From Phoronis australis (taxonomy: Eukaryota > Animalia > Phoronida), in contig NMRA01000508.1 in NCBI GenBank assembly GCA_002633005.1, positions 41,250 to 105,249 of the forward strand: 64,000 nucleotides of DNA, written 5' to 3'. How positions within the stretch are numbered: position 1 is the stretch's first letter; each line of letters opens with the position of its first letter. Made by a program: the position numbers and the translations under genes. Below are positions 61,525 through 64,000 of this stretch, piece after piece. The notes under the pieces were generated by a model. It searched no databases. It had not been told where the DNA came from and saw only the letters and a program-made list of their open reading frames with translations.

Positions 61525-62865
61525 AATTCCACATCTGATGGAGATGCCTCAGTTCATCAAACCAAAGTTGCTGACGTAACAGATTCTCCAGGTCAAGAAA
61601 GGGGTCAGGCACAAAATGGCATCAAACAAGAATGTTTAGAAGAGGTCACCAATTTGTTTGCCTCGTCTGAATTTGAGCTGGAGTGTGTGAACTATAGTAA
61701 AAGTCATGCCAGAGACAGTGCTGGCGACGTTGATAAGAATGACTACGAAGGGTCTCTTAGTGTTGTCGAAACCGGCTGTGGAGCCTCTGAAAATGATGGT
61801 GGCAATGGCGGCGCCAGTGTTTCTGGAATTGACGGCGAAAATGATGATGATGACGGCGACAACGCTGATGATGGATATGGTCGTAAGGATGGTGAAGATG
61901 ATAGGGATGAAGATGAAAGTATTTGTGATTTGGGTGAAGGTGTTGCTGGCGACGGAGAGGCCGTTAACATTGAGAATATTGGCCAAGAAATGTCCGACAC
62001 TTCTGCGGAGGTTACTAAAGCCAGTCTAAAATGTACTGGCTTGGCTCCAATGATGGACACGAAAACTTGTGTGTTCACTGATGTCAGCTCCAATGTAAAC
62101 TGGAAATCTGACTCAAATCTGTACCAGGACTATACTAGTGGTGACTTGTGTAACCTGGTGATTGAGAACGAGAGCAATGCTGTGGCTTTAAGTGAGAAGA
62201 TGTCTCTAGGTGGCGCCGGAATCGGTGAATTTGAGGATTGCACTACTGAGAAGTCATACAAGTGCGGAGAGTGCTACAAATTGTTCACATCCAGCCGTCA
62301 GCTTAGTCGGCACCTGCTGACTCACCGCAAAAAGGCAGTCGCGTGCGACGTGTGTGGCAAGGGATTCGTGCAGATGTCTAACCTGCGACTACACGCGAGG
62401 ATCCACACCGACAATAAGCCATACAAGTGCTCCTTCTGCTTAAAGGCATTCTGCGACAAGTCCAACATGAAGCAGCACGAGCGCACACATACGGGTGAGA
62501 GGCCATACGAGTGTACACTGTGCCCCTACAGAGCAGCGGTGAACTCTTCATTGAAGAAACACATGTTAAGGCACGACCCTGCCTGGGATCCAGCGAATGC
62601 GCCGAAGCCCTACTTGTGCAATTTCTGCGGGAAGGCTTTCCGTGCCTCAAATGACCTCAAAGGTCATATACGAATTCACACAGCGGAGAAACCCTACACA
62701 TGCAAAATATGCAACAGGACATTCCGACTGTACGAAACTTTGAAACGACACTTCATGGTTCACACAGGTGAAAAGCCACACTTGTGCTGTGAGTGTGGCA
62801 AGACGTTCACTCAGCGTAGTAACCTCCGTACTCACATGAAAGTTCATGGAATCACCATGGATTGA
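61525..62865 (+). CDS. Multi-C2H2 zinc-finger protein, terminal exon (acidic linker + 7 C2H2 fingers)
   Basis: Acceptor TCTTTTGTGTCCCAG|AAT at 61525 is phase 0. D/E-rich region, then seven fingers (CGEC, CDVC, CSFC, CTLC, CNFC, CKIC, CCEC). Stop at 62863-62865. Alternatively an independent ORF from ATG 61507. Confidence 0.85.
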   Translation, partial: NSTSDGDASVHQTKVADVTDSPGQERGQAQNGIKQECLEEVTNLFASSEFELECVNYSKSHARDSAGDVDKNDYEGSLSVVETGCGASENDGGNGGASVSGIDGENDDDDGDNADDGYGRKDGEDDRDEDESICDLGEGVAGDGEAVNIENIGQEMSDTSAEVTKASLKCTGLAPMMDTKTCVFTDVSSNVNWKSDSNLYQDYTSGDLCNLVIENESNAVALSEKMSLGGAGIGEFEDCTTEKSYKCGECYKLFTSSRQLSRHLLTHRKKAVACDVCGKGFVQMSNLRLHARIHTDNKPYKCSFCLKAFCDKSNMKQHERTHTGERPYECTLCPYRAAVNSSLKKHMLRHDPAWDPANAPKPYLCNFCGKAFRASNDLKGHIRIHTAEKPYTCKICNRTFRLYETLKRHFMVHTGEKPHLCCECGKTFTQRSNLRTHMKVHGITMD

Positions 62866-63583
62866 CCATGTTAAACTTTGCGGGGTTGTAATTTATTGCA
62901 TGCTCTGTGTGATTTGATAAGAAGTGAAATTTTGTTGAAAGATATTCACTGCTTGCTCACATTCAGAACTTATATTCAAAGATAACCACAGGGCAATTTG
63001 GCACAATGAGAAAACAGAACCTGTGAAGCTACATTGAGTGAAGGGTTGCAATTTAAATATTTCTTGCTACATCAATTAGGCGTGGGCTAGGCAAGGGGAT
63101 TCCCCCTAATGTCATCTCTTGGGCCATCAAAGGAATTCTGGCCACCATTGTAGTAAGCTTCCATGCAAAATGTGTTACTTTTCAAATTTACAAAAACGAT
63201 CCACTGCAGTGGAAATGAACAATAAAGAAAAATCAATTTTGTGGGCGGCTGTAATGGCAAGTGCTTTGCCGGCCTGTGTCTTAGTGCCTCTTGTTTTAAT
63301 CCTGCCTTCCCATGTAGTTTTCAGTCCTTCGAGTCATAAGGAGCAACAAATTGTAGCCAATCGCAAGCATCCGTGAACAACTTGTTACAACGCTGCAGCT
63401 GTAGACACTGACTCGTAATGATCTCTGAAAGAAAAGGCAAAATTTTGACAGATATGTTAAAAATGTACCGATCCGTCTACGAATTCAGTGGCTTATGCCG
63501 TCGCCTGGAATACGCAAACGATCACAAACCGCACGCCAACAACACTTATGCATTCGAAAACTGTTTGTATAGGAATGTGTACA

Positions 63584-64000
63584 CAGTGGCGGATCTAGGA
63601 TATCACAAGGGGGGGGGCCCAACATTTTGTCCGGCTGGAAGCATTTGCGCGAACTGAACCACGATTGTAGATGCGCATAGCACCGAATGGGGGGAGGTCG
63701 GGAGGGGGGTTTGCCCCCCTCCCGCCCAGGAAATTTTTCTGTTTTTACCTCTAAAACTCAAGCATTTTCCTTGATTCCTGAAGTATTATCCAAGAAAAAA
63801 AGGCAAAAAAAAAACACGGAGAACGTGTCAAACAGGAAAAGTATGCAACGGTCGAAGGCTCGAACTCACGACCTAGTGGGTTGAGCGCGCGTACGTTACC
63901 ACTACACCACCACGATTTAACTGTAACTCCTATACTAAAAGACTTACTTCAGTTGTTTATGGGCCACAGCGTTTGCGCGCGTAACCTACTTCTTTTTGCA
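63584..64000. mobile_element. Second copy of the 7231 MITE (runs off window end)
   Basis: 63584-63800 is nearly identical to 7231-7449. Confidence 0.9.
63846..63916 (-). ncRNA. tRNA-derived (pseudo-tRNA) segment with Pol III A and B boxes inside the MITE
   Basis: Minus strand ATCGTGGTGGTGTAGTGGTAACGTACGCGCGCTCAACCCACTAGGTCGTGAGTTCGAGCCTTCGACCGT. A-box-like TGGTGTAGTGG and B-box-like GAGTTCGAGCC occur at tRNA spacing. Acceptor and anticodon stems do not pair well. Confidence 0.55.

Noticed and set aside
63846-63916. Functional tRNA gene
   Set aside because: A and B boxes are present, but the acceptor and anticodon stems do not pair, and it lies inside a repeat.

Overview
Eukaryotic (invertebrate metazoan-type) genomic DNA, AT-rich and repeat-dense, from a draft assembly with N gaps and apparently uncollapsed haplotypes. 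No prokaryotic-type operons or CRISPR arrays are present. Intact genes: (1) a minus-strand PRDM-family gene (zinc knuckle + PR/SET, polyQ, 5 C2H2 fingers; two large coding exons 29818-28578 and 26697-24574); (2) head-to-head with it, a complete 14-exon CDC23/ANAPC8 gene (33708-48698, 570 aa, all GT-AG introns in phase); (3) a plus-strand multi-C2H2 zinc-finger gene whose two 'ORFs' (58289-60040 and 61525-62865) probably splice into one protein of about 1030 aa with an internally duplicated 6-finger module. Also present are a frameshifted TRIM-NHL pseudogene (15246-17033) and decayed transposons (Sola-like, Academ with XPG-like nuclease, EnSpm/CMC-like, Ingi/I-like LINE 3' end, THAP remnant). 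There are many MITEs with readable 3-, 4-, 5-, 6- and 9-bp target-site duplications. The most unusual signals are: a tandem array in CDC23 intron 9 made of copies of the exon 9 3' end plus its splice donor; a 314-bp palindrome carrying two hammerhead-ribozyme-like cores in the zinc-finger gene intron; and a 5-bp-TSD MITE family containing an internal tRNA-like A/B-box segment. All family assignments come from motif recognition by eye, not database searches.
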